Source: Chlorokybus atmophyticus (Eukaryota > Plantae > Mesostigma and Chlorokybus algae). Taken from it: a stretch of 64,000 bases of DNA. The stretch lies in the NCBI GenBank assembly GCA_009103225.1, contig RHPI01003533.1:62001-126000 (forward strand). Direction: 5' to 3'. This document shows, piece after piece, positions 23,375 to 35,478 of this stretch. Positions within the stretch are counted from its first letter, which is position 1, and each line of letters begins with the position of its first letter. The notes beneath the pieces are model-generated. The model searched no databases. It worked only from the letters and a program-made list of their open reading frames with translations, and was not told the origin of the DNA. Both the position numbers and the translations under genes were made by a program.

Positions 23375-26300
23375 TCAAGTACTCGGGGCGTGATTCTCAG
23401 TGATTGCGTGCAGTGCAGACCTTGCACTGTTGACCATGTCCTCAATGTTTCCCATGCCAGCATATGTCCCAACAGCATCGATTGCCACTGCAATTGCCGC
23501 GTCCCTGCTTCCTGCTACGGCTGCCATGCGTACTTGAGCCATGATTGAGGAGGACCTTCCCCACGCATCCATCATCTTGATGGTCTCATGGACCTAGCAT
23601 TCTTAGAATCAACAAGTGCTGCGCTTGACATCTCATGCATGTACAAAGACTGATGCGCATGCAACAGGCGCGCGCGAACAGAACGGACTTCACATAACTC
23701 AATGCCGCAACTCACCCCAGGAAGGACACTGTCGCGTAGCATGCGGATGTGCTTAGTTTCCAGTCGGGGAGGTGCAGCGACGCCATTCGCTGTCACCCCA
23801 ACCAGGCTGATAGTAGGCATGGGTGGGGTGGTGTTGAGAGTGTCCAAGTCCGATGCCGCGGATGATGAGGGAGACTCACCTGACATTGATTACAGGAGTC
23901 AGGAGTGAAGGCGCATAACCATTGGCGTAATCAAATAGTTAAGCAACAAACAGCAAAACATAACCAAAAGCAGTTAGAGTAAAGTTAGAGTACCAGTTGG
24001 GGGTGTGCCCGCATGAGCAGCTCGAGGAGGGACTGGCTGTGGAGCATTTGTTGGAGGCGCCTGAGCAGCAGACCCGATGACAGCAAATAGCTCATGCCGA
24101 CTGCGTGAAAGGCGCTGGCGGTTGATTGACAGCGCTCGCATGCGGACAATAGCACTGCACTTGCACGCCAGTGCAACAGGTGCTTGACCTCCCAGTGCTT
24201 GATACTGGCTCGCACAGTAGCTACGCACACAGGAAGTAAGTTCACCAATGACAGCTACAGGACCATCAGACCTTTGCAACCGCAACAACAGCTCCACACG
24301 CATGGCAAATGAAGCTGCAAAATGAGATCCGGAAAACCAGTACTTACTCAAAGAGCTCAGCAGTTTGACAGTACACAGCAGATGCCGATGGTGCCAGCTG
24401 GCTCTCAAGAGCAGCAGCATACTGCATAAACTTTATAGCTGCCTGGAAGTATAAACCCGCAGCAAGCGAGCCATCACCACCCTGCCGGCATGCAGCAAAG
24501 CAAGTGTCAGAGCGGATACCAGCCACACAACACAGCAACCCCAGTGCACAAGATGGTCATCCTGTTGTAGGCATGGACCTGTACCTTGCAGCGGTCGGCT
24601 GCATGCTTCAGGTTCTTGGCTTCATGCTGTAGTCCTGAAGCGTCTACGCCAGGCTTTGAAGTTGATGCTTGTGTAGCCTTATCATCGGGGCTAGGCTTTT
24701 CCAGGGGTGACCTAGACTCCCCTACCGCGTCACCAACTGACGGTGCACTGGGCCCTGGCGCCTTCACTTCTTTACGGCTAATGCTAGCATCTTTTCTGGC
24801 AGCTTCGGCAGTTGACTGCACAGGACTTGTTACAGGCACAAGCTCTTGAACGTTTTGCTTCTTTGCTCGACCATCCTCACTCTCTGCCAGATAAAAGGAA
24901 GAATGTCAGCATAGAAAATTTAATCATTGGGCTCAGAATTCCAGCGTAAATCATTACATCTTACCAGTGTCACTGATGGCAACTTTCTCAGCTGCGTCCG
25001 CAATGTCATCACGTCTCTCAGCTGAGGCTCTTAGAGGCGCATTACTTCGATGAGAGAATGAGCGCTTTCTGCCCTTGTCAACGTCCATGGCTTCACTTTT
25101 TGGATCGCTGTTGTCATTTCTAGATGATGGGGGCACAGGTGTACTGTCCCTGGCTTGCTTGTCCTCCACATCCTGTTTTTGGGGCCGATCAGTTTGCTCT
25201 GCAGCCTGACTTCTGCGACTGTCAACTCTATCGCGACTTCTGTCATATTCCTGTTCAAGGCTGCGACTTCTGTCCTTGTCCTTGTCCCGCCTATAGTCAC
25301 CCCCATCACGATCTCGGTATCCCTCCCTGCTGCGTTCTCTTCTGCTGTCTCTGTACCAATTACGATCACGCTCGCGCTCACGGTCACGCTCACGCTCACG
25401 ATCGCGGTTACGGTCGCGATCTCGGTCGCGATCTCGGTCGCGATCACGATCTCGCTCGCGCTCTCGCTCTCGCTCGCGCTCCCGTTCCCGTTCTCGCTCT
25501 CGCTCGCGCTCGCGCTCGCGATCACGATCGCGCAGTCGGTCACGGTCTGAGCGACGATCCACGCCCCTGTCTGGCTCTCGCATGCGCTCATACTCGTTGC
25601 GGTAGCTTTTGCGATCACTTTCACGGTCCCTGTCGCGAGACTTGTCCCGATACTCAGCATAACGAGAATCGTGTCCTCGTTTAGTGTCTCGTTCTCTATC
25701 TACACTGCGACGTTGGTCCACTGCATCCTTGTGCTGCTGCAAGCTTTGCCCTCGATCTGAGCGTGGTGATTCTGCTTGCTTGGACATTGCACGACGTTCT
25801 GCATCTGCGTACACCACACCATGGTCAATATGCACACTGTCTCTTGTTAAAAGTTTGATGAGATTCATCAGCTTTCGCACGGGAATTACAATGCCAATGG
25901 CTACTGTGTGCATGCGCATTGAGCACCTGAGTCCACGGCTTCCTCTGCTCCCTCGCGAGGACCTTTGCTGTCTGACTCCTCTGCTGACGACTCCTCCGAC
26001 ATGTCAGAACTTGAACTTGAAGTGGAGCTTGATGATGCAGATGCGGGAGCCTTAGGCCGCTCCTGTGCCTTGGTGACGGCAGGTGCAATGTCAACCACGG
26101 CCTCAGAGGGCTTCGCAACTACGGGCGCCTCCACAGTGTCCGGTGCATGCACAGGCACTCTTGTGCCTGCCTGTGTACCCTTGATTGCAATGGGAGGCAA
26201 CTTGACCCGCAAGGCTGCAAGTAACTGCCGCTGCTCCGAGCGCTGTTGAGCTGTGTCTGATATGTCAATAGTTGCTTCAGCAGGAGTAGCCTGAGCCTTT

Positions 26301-29300
26301 GGACCTGTTGGAAGTGCAAGGGTTGAGGTTGCAAGTGACTGCCGCTGATCGAAGCGCTGTTGTGCTGTGTCGGGGGGGATGATAGCTGCTTTAACAGGAG
26401 TGGTCTGAGCATCTGGACCTGTTGCAAGTGCAGCGGACGAGGGTGCGAGTGACTGCCGCTGCTCAGAGCACTGTTGTACTGTGTTGGGTGGACTAGTAGC
26501 AACTTCAACAGGAGTAGTCTGAGCCTTTTGACCTGTTTTAAGTGAACAGGTTGAGTGCGCTGGAGAGTGTGATGACCCATTGCACAACGTGTCAACATGC
26601 CACTTGTCAAGCCATACAGTACCAGCTGACGTGTCTTGCTTGCGTTGACGTTTAAGGGCTTTCAGCTGCTCCTTCAACGCTCTTCTCTGCTCTTTGCGCA
26701 ACCTCTTGTCATCACCATGTAGACTGGTTCCAGGATTACCATCTTGCACTGCAACATCTGTCTGTGGTGCCCTGGCAGTCTCCTGTGCAGCCCGCGAGGC
26801 AATCTGCGACGGCTTTTCTTCTTCGAGAACGTCATCATCATTAACATCAACTGGTCTGTCCGTAGCCGCAATGGCAGATTCTTGCACAGGTGGAGAGGCT
26901 GAATTGTCTTGTTCAACTTCAACTTTGGAGCCTTTTTTTTGAAACCGTACAGAAGTGTCGTGCAGCTTTGACTTTTTCAACTTCTTGGGGCTTGCCTGGC
27001 AAACTTCCTCTAGCGCTCGCTTGTTCTGTGAGGGCTGATGTTTGTGCTCATCAGCGAAGTCATGAACAGCGCGCGCAGCTCTAACCTGTGTTTGCAACAT
27101 TGGCAAATGAGCACAACAACCATGGTAAATTCACAACCACGATGAGTGCTTCAGACCTTATCATTGGCGGCTTTATCAGCCTTTGCAACCCGTTGTTCAG
27201 CCTTCTGCTTAGCAGGTTGAGCAGAAGGCTCAGGTGGCGCAGCGGCTGCACTGTCACCAGCTGGTGCTGGAGGAGGCATGCCATAAGCTGCATATACAGC
27301 TGCTGTTGTCTCCGCCTCCGTGAAGTTGCATGATGCCATGTGCGGCCTGCAATTAGGTTGGCCTTACTGCAACAACCTCAACTGCAGATTGCCAATCACC
27401 AATCACCAATTGGGCCAAAGGACTCACTGATGAACAAGCAGCACAGTCAACTTACAGCCAGGTGTTCATCTTGCAGAACCATCTCTCTGGAAGCTCACTA
27501 TCGGACATGTCAAACAACAACAGTCGCCATCGTTCGCATTTGTCGCATTGCACCCAGTTCTCATTGATCATAGGAGGTTTCTCAGGGACATTACGTGCTA
27601 GTTCCATGGATGTGGTTGCTGCACATAGCAAAGTAAAGACCATAGTCACAAAGCACAGACCAAGATGGTTGAAAGTAACTGACTTGCCATGTGCATGGTG
27701 TCTTACCAGCTTGCTCTGGCTTTGCGCTCGCTGTTGGTGCCAACTGAGCTGGCCCTGAAGGCTCTTGGTTGCCTGCATGAGACTTTTCCTTCTTGCGTCG
27801 CTCGCTTTTGCTGTGCTTCCCTTGCGACTTGTGCTCTGCACCAACCCAGCAGATATTGTACACATGTACACATGCGAATATGCCTGCAGGTCTGCTGCAA
27901 TCGGTGCTCGTATAAGCTCACCTTTCCTGCCAACGGGTCTGTCCTGTTTTTCGTCCTGGTCGTCAGCTGTGTCAGCCGGCCTGTTCGCATGCTTGTTATC
28001 CACAGCGCGCAGCAGCTGAGCTGGAGGTGCAGGAGCAGGTGCAATGTCGATGTCCAGCCTCTGTGTAGCCGTCTGCGAGTCAACGTGAAGTTACTGGACC
28101 TGAGCAACAGCTAGTATTAGTGCGGACGGTTACCTTGACTGTGCGCTGCAGCTGCGCCGGTGGTGAAGTCGCTGGTGCAATGTCAATGTCCAGCTTCTGT
28201 TTAGCCGCCCGATTGTCAACGTGACAAAAATGCACGTGACAAAAGTGCACATGAGCATCAGCTAGCCTGTACCGTGATGACAATTACCTTGACTGGTAAA
28301 GTGGAAATCGACGGGGTATGGACGTCTGTGGTGTTGTCCTTGGCGTCTGGGCCTACATCTGCCCTACCAACAGGTAATGCCTGCTTTGAAGCCTCCTCTC
28401 TCGCCTTTTTCTCCTTTTTCTTCCTTCGCTTTTCTTCCTTCCGTCGCCGGCGCTCTTCATCCTCAGCCGGTTTAATGGTCAACTCTTTATGTACATCTGG
28501 AGCTGCAACTGCGTCGCCAACATCAACTGGTGCTTTGCACACGATGTGCACAGGTCTAAGAGGAGAAAGTATTCTTCCAAAACAGCTGTGGGCTGTCATG
28601 AATTCAATAATACTGCGTGGGCTGCGAAATGGACTGCTCTCAGGTGACAGTGCTTTGGCCTTGAAAACAACCTGGCCCTGTGTACGGAGCCAGTGCTCAA
28701 AGCTTGCTTATGAGTTTTGATTTTACCATATGGCACAGTGACTGTACCTCCGTCTTCGCAGGTTGTGGTATGCTGTCCTCATCAGAACTACTCTTTTGCT
28801 GGATGTGACGCAGATTGCCAGCTGTTGCTGATATTGATACCCGATCTTTGGCACCTTTTCCAACTGCAGCTGCACTGGCATGCCCTGAGGGCGGGCGCGA
28901 ATGTGGTGGCTGCATGGCCTCGTGCATTGGCTCGAGATCAAACGTATCACCAAGTAGTGAGCGCTTAGCCACCTAATAACAAGACACCAGTCCATTCAGT
29001 TGTTGGCATGTTCCAGCTGAACATCGTGCTAGACACAACCGGCGGCAACGCCTGTGTGCGTAACACCCATTGTTCGAGCGCGACATAGCCTTCCGACAAC
29101 GATTTGCTCCTGTATATGACAACTTGTCTCAGCACACATACCTCAACCGCAGTTGGCTTCCGAAGACGCGGAGTGCTCTCAAATGCCCCACCACCACTTG
29201 TGGTAGGAGGCAGAGCCTTGTGCTCTGGTCGTGCTGCGTACCCGTTTCATTTAGCACGCCAACTCCACAGTTCACTCGATGACACAAGCCTTTCGTTGTG

Positions 29301-29751
29301 CAAGCCACACTGCCGGACGCATCGCAGGCTGACAAGCACACCAACCTGAAATGCTTTGAGCTTGAGAAATGCTGTTGGCATTGGCTCGGGTTGGCAAAAA
29401 CGTCCCATAACCACCAGCACTTGCACCTGTTGCAAGACCAAGCAACACTTTTTAACCAATGTCGAGCCCAAGACCTCCACAATGTCAACCGCTCCGTCTC
29501 ATGATGCCTCTCGACATGGTAGTACCTTCAATGTCCAGCGACAGCTCAGTGCTGGCTCCCAGCAGCTGTGATATTCGCGATATGCGCTCATCCTGTGAAG
29601 ATGCACTTAGCAGCAAGCACAATCACGAATACGCCAGCCGTGCACATGGCGAACAATATCTCAACATGGAATGTACCAAGCTAGTGGGTTCATTGGGATC
29701 ATCTTCGTTCTCTTCTAGTGGCAGCTGCTCTGCAGTGTCCACCATGGCCAT
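23375..29751 (-). CDS. CW-type zinc-finger protein, plant CWZF3/5/7-like (N-terminal GGYGxFLP motif, zf-CW, long RE/RD repeat, C-terminal THD-like domain)
   Basis: AGGYGTFLPT near 29380; zf-CW ENWVQCDKCERWRLL..LPERWFCKMNTWL (about 27455-27570); EAKNLKHAADRCK and GLYFQAAIKFMQYAAALE; terminal MDAWGRS..MGNIEDMVNSARSALHAI, stop at 23375. Start 29751 is inferred (in-frame upstream TGA). Confidence 0.8.
25290..25560 (-). repeat. Coding hexamer tandem repeat (cgagag/cgtgat-type) encoding (RE)n/(RD)n
   Basis: ctcgcgctctcgctctcgctcgcg... on the plus strand; ORF 24954-25919 reads RERERERE..RDRDRDRD. Confidence 0.9.
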
Positions 29752-31566
29752 GCTGTGCCGGCTAAAGAGTCAACATCCAACTGTGAATTCGGCACCCAAG
29801 ACGAAGCCTGGCCCAACCGTGTGCTACCCCTTGCGCCATATCCTAACGCATTGATGTGTACTGACGTGCGCACCAGCAGACGGCACTGCACAGAGACGCA
29901 GAATGGGAACTGTTAGTGTTGATGCAGAACAGCATATTCAAATTGATATCTGTACTGGCAATGTGTACCAACAACATTACAAAGAAGCACACATCTAATT
30001 CCACAAATCACAGTTGTCTTGCAACCCAATGACGATATTAACTATATGACCCTGACGTGAGAGGTGTTTGGCCACAAATCCTAGGTACAGGTCGCCTCCA
30101 ATGACTAAGCAGCGAACATCATGTGCCGAGCCACTGCCGCCTACCATTGCATACGGTAGTGTACTAGTGCCTGCACGATCGACCCAGAAGCAGACAATCA
30201 CCGGCTTGACACATGTGCCGCACATACAAACTACTGCGCTGCAATCCAGCCACTATAAGAGACAGTTATCATTGGCTAGCGCAGGTTATGCTACCATTAG
30301 GTGCGTATGGATGCACGATCGTGGTGATCAAACCTCAACTGCGATAATGAGCGCCCCAGCAAGCGTGCTGTACACGGTATATGCCTACTGGCGCAAACAA
30401 ATGCAAGCACGCCTGCTTGAGACACCGGTAGCTGCTCGTTCTTGCTACGCTGCCTACAGCTTTTACCGCAGGCGGAAGCACACAGCACTGTGGATTCGCC
30501 ACCACCGCACCATAGCAGGCACAAACGCGACCAGATCATTACGCCAAAGCTATGTAGTACTTTAACAGCAGTGAAACCCTATCCCAGGCAGTGGCAAGCA
30601 AGCACTACGCCAAGCTTGTATGCCCGCAGACAGCTGACGAGCAACTCTCGGCCAAGAAGAACCAGCAATGCTCATGACGAGATCATCATGCCTCGCGTCT
30701 AAAACAAAAGCATGAAGTGTAACGGGACGGGAAGCAGCCAGCCTGAAGGTTGTGTGCCTGAAGCCCGGCCTGGAACGGGTCCATCAGGCCAGCTACGTGG
30801 CCCTAGCTCTAGCTTGCGAGCAGCCCCCTCAACAACCGCAGCATGAATCCATCAAACGCCTTTGCCATACCTGATGATGTGATGGCGTCCGTGAGAAAGC
30901 TCCCTCCAGTGACCCCACAGCCGCCTGCACCTCCACCGCCGCCGCCGGCCTCCCCGCCAGGCGCTGCCACGTGGCGCGGCCACACACTTAACGTAGGTTA
31001 CTCCTTCTTCTAGGGGCTGAAACGTAACGCAATTACGTAACGGAATGACGTGTCCTCGGCACGGGTTACGCACCTTCACTGGCCATAAAGTACCAAACAA
31101 ACCAATGAAAGGTAAACTTAGAGCCTAAGTTAGAGGCTCCAAAGTAAGGTCGCTCGTATCTGAGAAGACATGTTACAACTTCAAAAGTGGCTTTGCAGTT
31201 TATGAGGATATCCCCCAAAAGCGCAGCAGCGATTCCGTACTTTTTGTTGTCATCCACCGAGGGCCAAAATTAACAGATGAAAAGGTTTGTGTTCCCATGA
31301 ATCATGGGCCATGATCCATGCATGGTTGACGTTTTCGCCCTAGTCAGACGGTTTTTCGCGCAAAAAGCAAAACGGAAATCTGCCAATCGCTGCATGTCGT
31401 ATTTACTGAATCGCGGACGTGCCAGATCAGATATCGCGCTTGCTGGATGACCTGGGTTCAATTGTTCAGGATCGCAACCAGACTATGAGAGCCGGTTTGC
31501 TCAACTACTTTGAGTTGTTCGGGATCAGCAGATTGGAGCAAACTCACATGCTGCATGCGCGCGGCA

Positions 31567-33089
31567 ATGGCGGCAATGGCGGCGACAGCGATGGCGTTGG
31601 AGACCTTACTGAATGACGTGGCATTGGATGACAACAAGCAATGTGACACTGCTGTTGGCGGATTGTTAGCTGAGTTAGCCGCCACCGTCCGTGCTTGCGA
31701 ACTTCGCCCCCGCGCTTGGTTTGTTGCATGGCAGGTGAGGTCAACAAGTACCGAACTTGACAGGATTGAGTGAGTGATTGACATCACACATGCATGAATA
31801 TGGTTGATGAAGTAGTTGATGACTCAGTCGACCACGTGCGGCATCCTACTTTGTGTCACTCAAGACAGTTTGCTGTCGCTTCAACATGCAGCCAGTGCAA
31901 CCCATCACTCCTTCTATCTCCATGAGTACCACCAAACAAGATTGACGTAGCGCATTGTGTGGCGTGCTGTGTGCTGATCAAGTGAGACAAACTCAGGGGG
32001 TCCTAACGCTGGCGTTTGAGGGCTTCCCAGCGCCATTGCTGGAGCTCAAGAAGGCGCTGACAGCAGAGTCCGGAGGGCAGACCGCCGCAGGCCTCCCGCC
32101 TGAAAACCCGGGCAGCATGTGGCCCAAGGTGCACACATTACTAGTAGTTGTTGTTGTTGCTGTCGCGTGTGTGCACCGCGTGCAGGCACGCACTAGCACA
32201 GACACATTGCACATACGCACATGCAAAGCGCATGTGCGTGTGGGCATCGCCTGTGCCAGTGCGTGCGCGCGGGTTTGTGAGGACGCACATGTTTGTGAAT
32301 AAGAACGTCAGCGCATGTGCACAGGTGTCATTAGCAGCGCTGAAGGATGGAGCACGATTGACTCCATCAGACCTGCTGCTTTTACATGAAATCTGCAGCT
32401 CACACCTACCAAGCACCTCCTCCTCCTCTTCCTCTTATGCGCATCACGTGGACCGTTTGCATGTGACAGTGTATGCTTGCCGGTCGCACGAGCGGCTGCT
32501 GTGCGCTGCGCCATTGGAGTTGAGAGAACAGAGAGGCGGGTGGGACGCTGACAGTGGGGTTGGGGCAGAGGAGAGGTCAAGAGTTGAAGCAGTTCTTGCG
32601 GTGAGGACATTGTTGTGCTTGTTGCATGAAACACACATGATTCGCACTCGAGCGTTTGTTTACTACTCGTTTGTTCAACTGCCTTTCTGCTTGCCTTGGC
32701 TGATCTCGGCCTGTAACAGCTCATTTGCCTCGATCGAAACTCTGCAACTATTGAAAAAACCACCTACTCACGCACACGCACACAGACCATCACACACTTC
32801 TGCTCTCTCTCTCCTCTCACTCAGTCACTCACTTACTTTACTCCCCACCACTATTGCTCAGGAATTCTCAAATGAGAACTTGCCCTCCTATTGGTACCAC
32901 GCGTCGCGAGACGGAAGCCGGGAGTTGCACTACCGAGGGCCCGCTGTGGGCAGCTCGCTTGTGTACTTTCTCACGCGGCTGCCGGAAGGTTATCGCGAGT
33001 TCCGTGCGGCAATAGAGGCAGCGCTGCCAGGCTACTATGCTTGGTTTGATGAAAACAGTCTGCATGTCACACTGCGCGCGCTTACTTGA
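31567..33089 (+). CDS. Uncharacterised 2H-phosphoesterase-like protein, 4 exons
   Basis: Exons join in frame: ..RPRAWFVAWQ|GVLTLAFEGFP..LPPENPGSMWPK|VSLAAL..RLHVTVYACRSHER..VLA|EFSNENLPSYW..YAWFDENSLHVTLRALT*. Contains HVT motifs. Start could be 31555 or 31567. Confidence 0.65.
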
Positions 33090-34679
33090 TGGATTGATTG
33101 ATTGTGAAGGAGTGGTCAGCTGTTGGGCGCCATACTCGCGCTGCTGGTTGTGTTTACTGTTTGTAAGGCTCCCACTCAAGGCATGCGAGCGTGTGAAACA
33201 ACAGCAGGCAAAGCAAGTGTGTGCGAGACACGAGCTACAGCTATGCAATGCACACAGTTGCAATTCCAGAGCACTCTTGCCTGCACACACCGATGCCCCT
33301 CTTACACAAGCATACAACACAAGTAGGCCTTGTAAGGCATCTACAGAACAGGGTGCTGTTATAAGGGACGGCCTTTGCGGTGTACGCATCTCCATGCGAG
33401 TGCACATCAAAGACCTGCTTTGTCATTCAACGTATGTTGGAGTGACTAACCACCAGCGCCCGTCTGCTCAGCAACTTTCATCTGGTTGACTTACCCATGA
33501 TGCAGTCCAGCTCACCTTGCGGATGCTGCCGAGCAGCATGTTTGGTGGTGTTTAAGCGTTGTGCATACCTTACCCCAACTCGGACTAATGCTACACATGC
33601 ATAGTATAAATAAGCGGGTTGATCATGCATTGCCATGCACACACATGCTTAGACAAATGCAACGTAGACTTCAATTACACCAGGGGCTTACATGTCACAT
33701 GCATACTAATCATTTATGCTTATGCATGTGTGCATCCCACCCCTGTTGCTTAGGTCTGCTTCCTAGCCTTGCAACACTGCTCGTGTTAGTCTGGGCTTGT
33801 GGGAAGGTTGACAGCAATATGGGTGAGCATCACATGCTAGCTGACCATGCCTGTCTTTGGCATATGCGCGGTAAGATTCGCAAGCATTAGTGCAATTGTA
33901 CTCTCCCTCTGCTGGAGACTGGCTTCGTCGTCGTCAGCTGCGAGCGGTTGGGCTTCATGCCCATCCATTTGGGGGAGGTGTATGGCAGACGGTTGGACCT
34001 AGTGGCATCCAAGCTGAGCCGCGATAGCAAGCTACCTCTGGACATCATCGTCACAACATGAAAATCGACCCGGTGCAGCACTGTGGCAGCGGAGGCGGTT
34101 ACACGTCACAAGTATGGCGACCACTCGAGGTGCCGAGGGACACCTCCTACCTACCAGCGATGGAGACACATGGCACTTTGGATGAGGACTTCTAGCACGT
34201 ACTGCGCTTGTGTGCACGCCACATTGCCACAGTGCAGGGAGCGGAGCCGCGGCGCTTGGAGGGCTTTATCCGCGTCTGCCTTCAGCGCGTGGTATGCCCC
34301 TTGCAGCGGGCGCAGGCGATGGCGATCTGGGAGCGGGGGGCGGCGGCGGTAGCAGGATCATTCTGGACCTCAGTGGAGTCCAGTGGCTCAAGGGCCTCCG
34401 CCAATTGAAGCGGACGCGATGCGCACGTAGCGTAGTGATGTGTGGGTGTGCGTCTTGGGTGGTGTGTGATGTGTGCAGCTAGGCATAGTGGCAGCACTAA
34501 CAGCCAGCAGTTGCATGCCAATGATAGTAGAGGAGTGGGGGACTTGCCTGCCCGCCCCACCCATTCACGCACTTGGACAAAGCACGTAGTTAAGCATGCC
34601 CATGCATGTGTCTTAATAGTTCTGCCTACTTGCCTGCTGCTTATGCTTACGTTGTTGCTTGTGATTAAGAGGGGACGGG

Positions 34680-34809
34680 NNNNNNNNNNNNNNNNNNNNN
34701 NNNNNNNNNNNNNNNNNNNNNNNNNNNNNNNNNNNNNNNNNNNNNNNNNNNNNNNNNNNNNNNNNNNNNNNNNNNNNNNNNNNNNNNNNNNNNNNNNNNN
34801 NNNNNNNNN
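34680..34809. other. Assembly gap (N run)
   Basis: Run of n characters. Confidence 1.
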
Positions 34810-35478
34810 GGGTCTTGTGCCTTTACCTCTGCATCCGTACTACTGGAAAGCCTATGTGATGCACGTCCCATCGTCTGTACACTATCTGCGATATTGCACT
34901 ACGTGCAAATGCAAGAGCGGCGCAGTGCTGGTTCGCTCAAGTTGCTTTGGTAGTGTGTGTGTGTGTGCACGGACTGACTGCATGTTTGCAATATGACTCA
35001 TACCCAATGCACGGTACGGACATGGTGTACATTGTGCCCACGTTTTTGTTAATGCCAAAAGTGTTTGTTGATATGCAAGGCGGGGCAGCTGGCATCAGCA
35101 GGCAGGGGCATTACAAACCTGATGCACAAAGGCTGAGGTTAGGCCCCCCCCCCCCCCCCTAAACNGCCAAAGCAAGGAGGGTAGCAGGGGAGAGGAGGAG
35201 AGAGGATGGCGGGGTGGAGTGCTGTGCTTTGCTGTACGGTGCAAATCGCAATCGCATGCATGCACACATGTGCGCGTGTGCAGACACATACAGATATGTC
35301 AATTCTACTGCTTGACAGGTAATGCACAACATAGTACACGCATTGGGTCTGAGCTGACGGACATGTTGCCGCAGCGTGAAACACGTGAACATTACATGAA
35401 GGCTGAATTTGCATTACGGATCATCTACTTAACAATGGTACCTAGCCTTTGTACAGTTGCAACCAGCAGCGCAATGCA

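Noticed and set aside
25031-25684. Alternative-frame and antisense ORFs over the RE/RD repeat
   Set aside because: Shadow ORFs of a stop-poor hexamer repeat within the CWZF exon.
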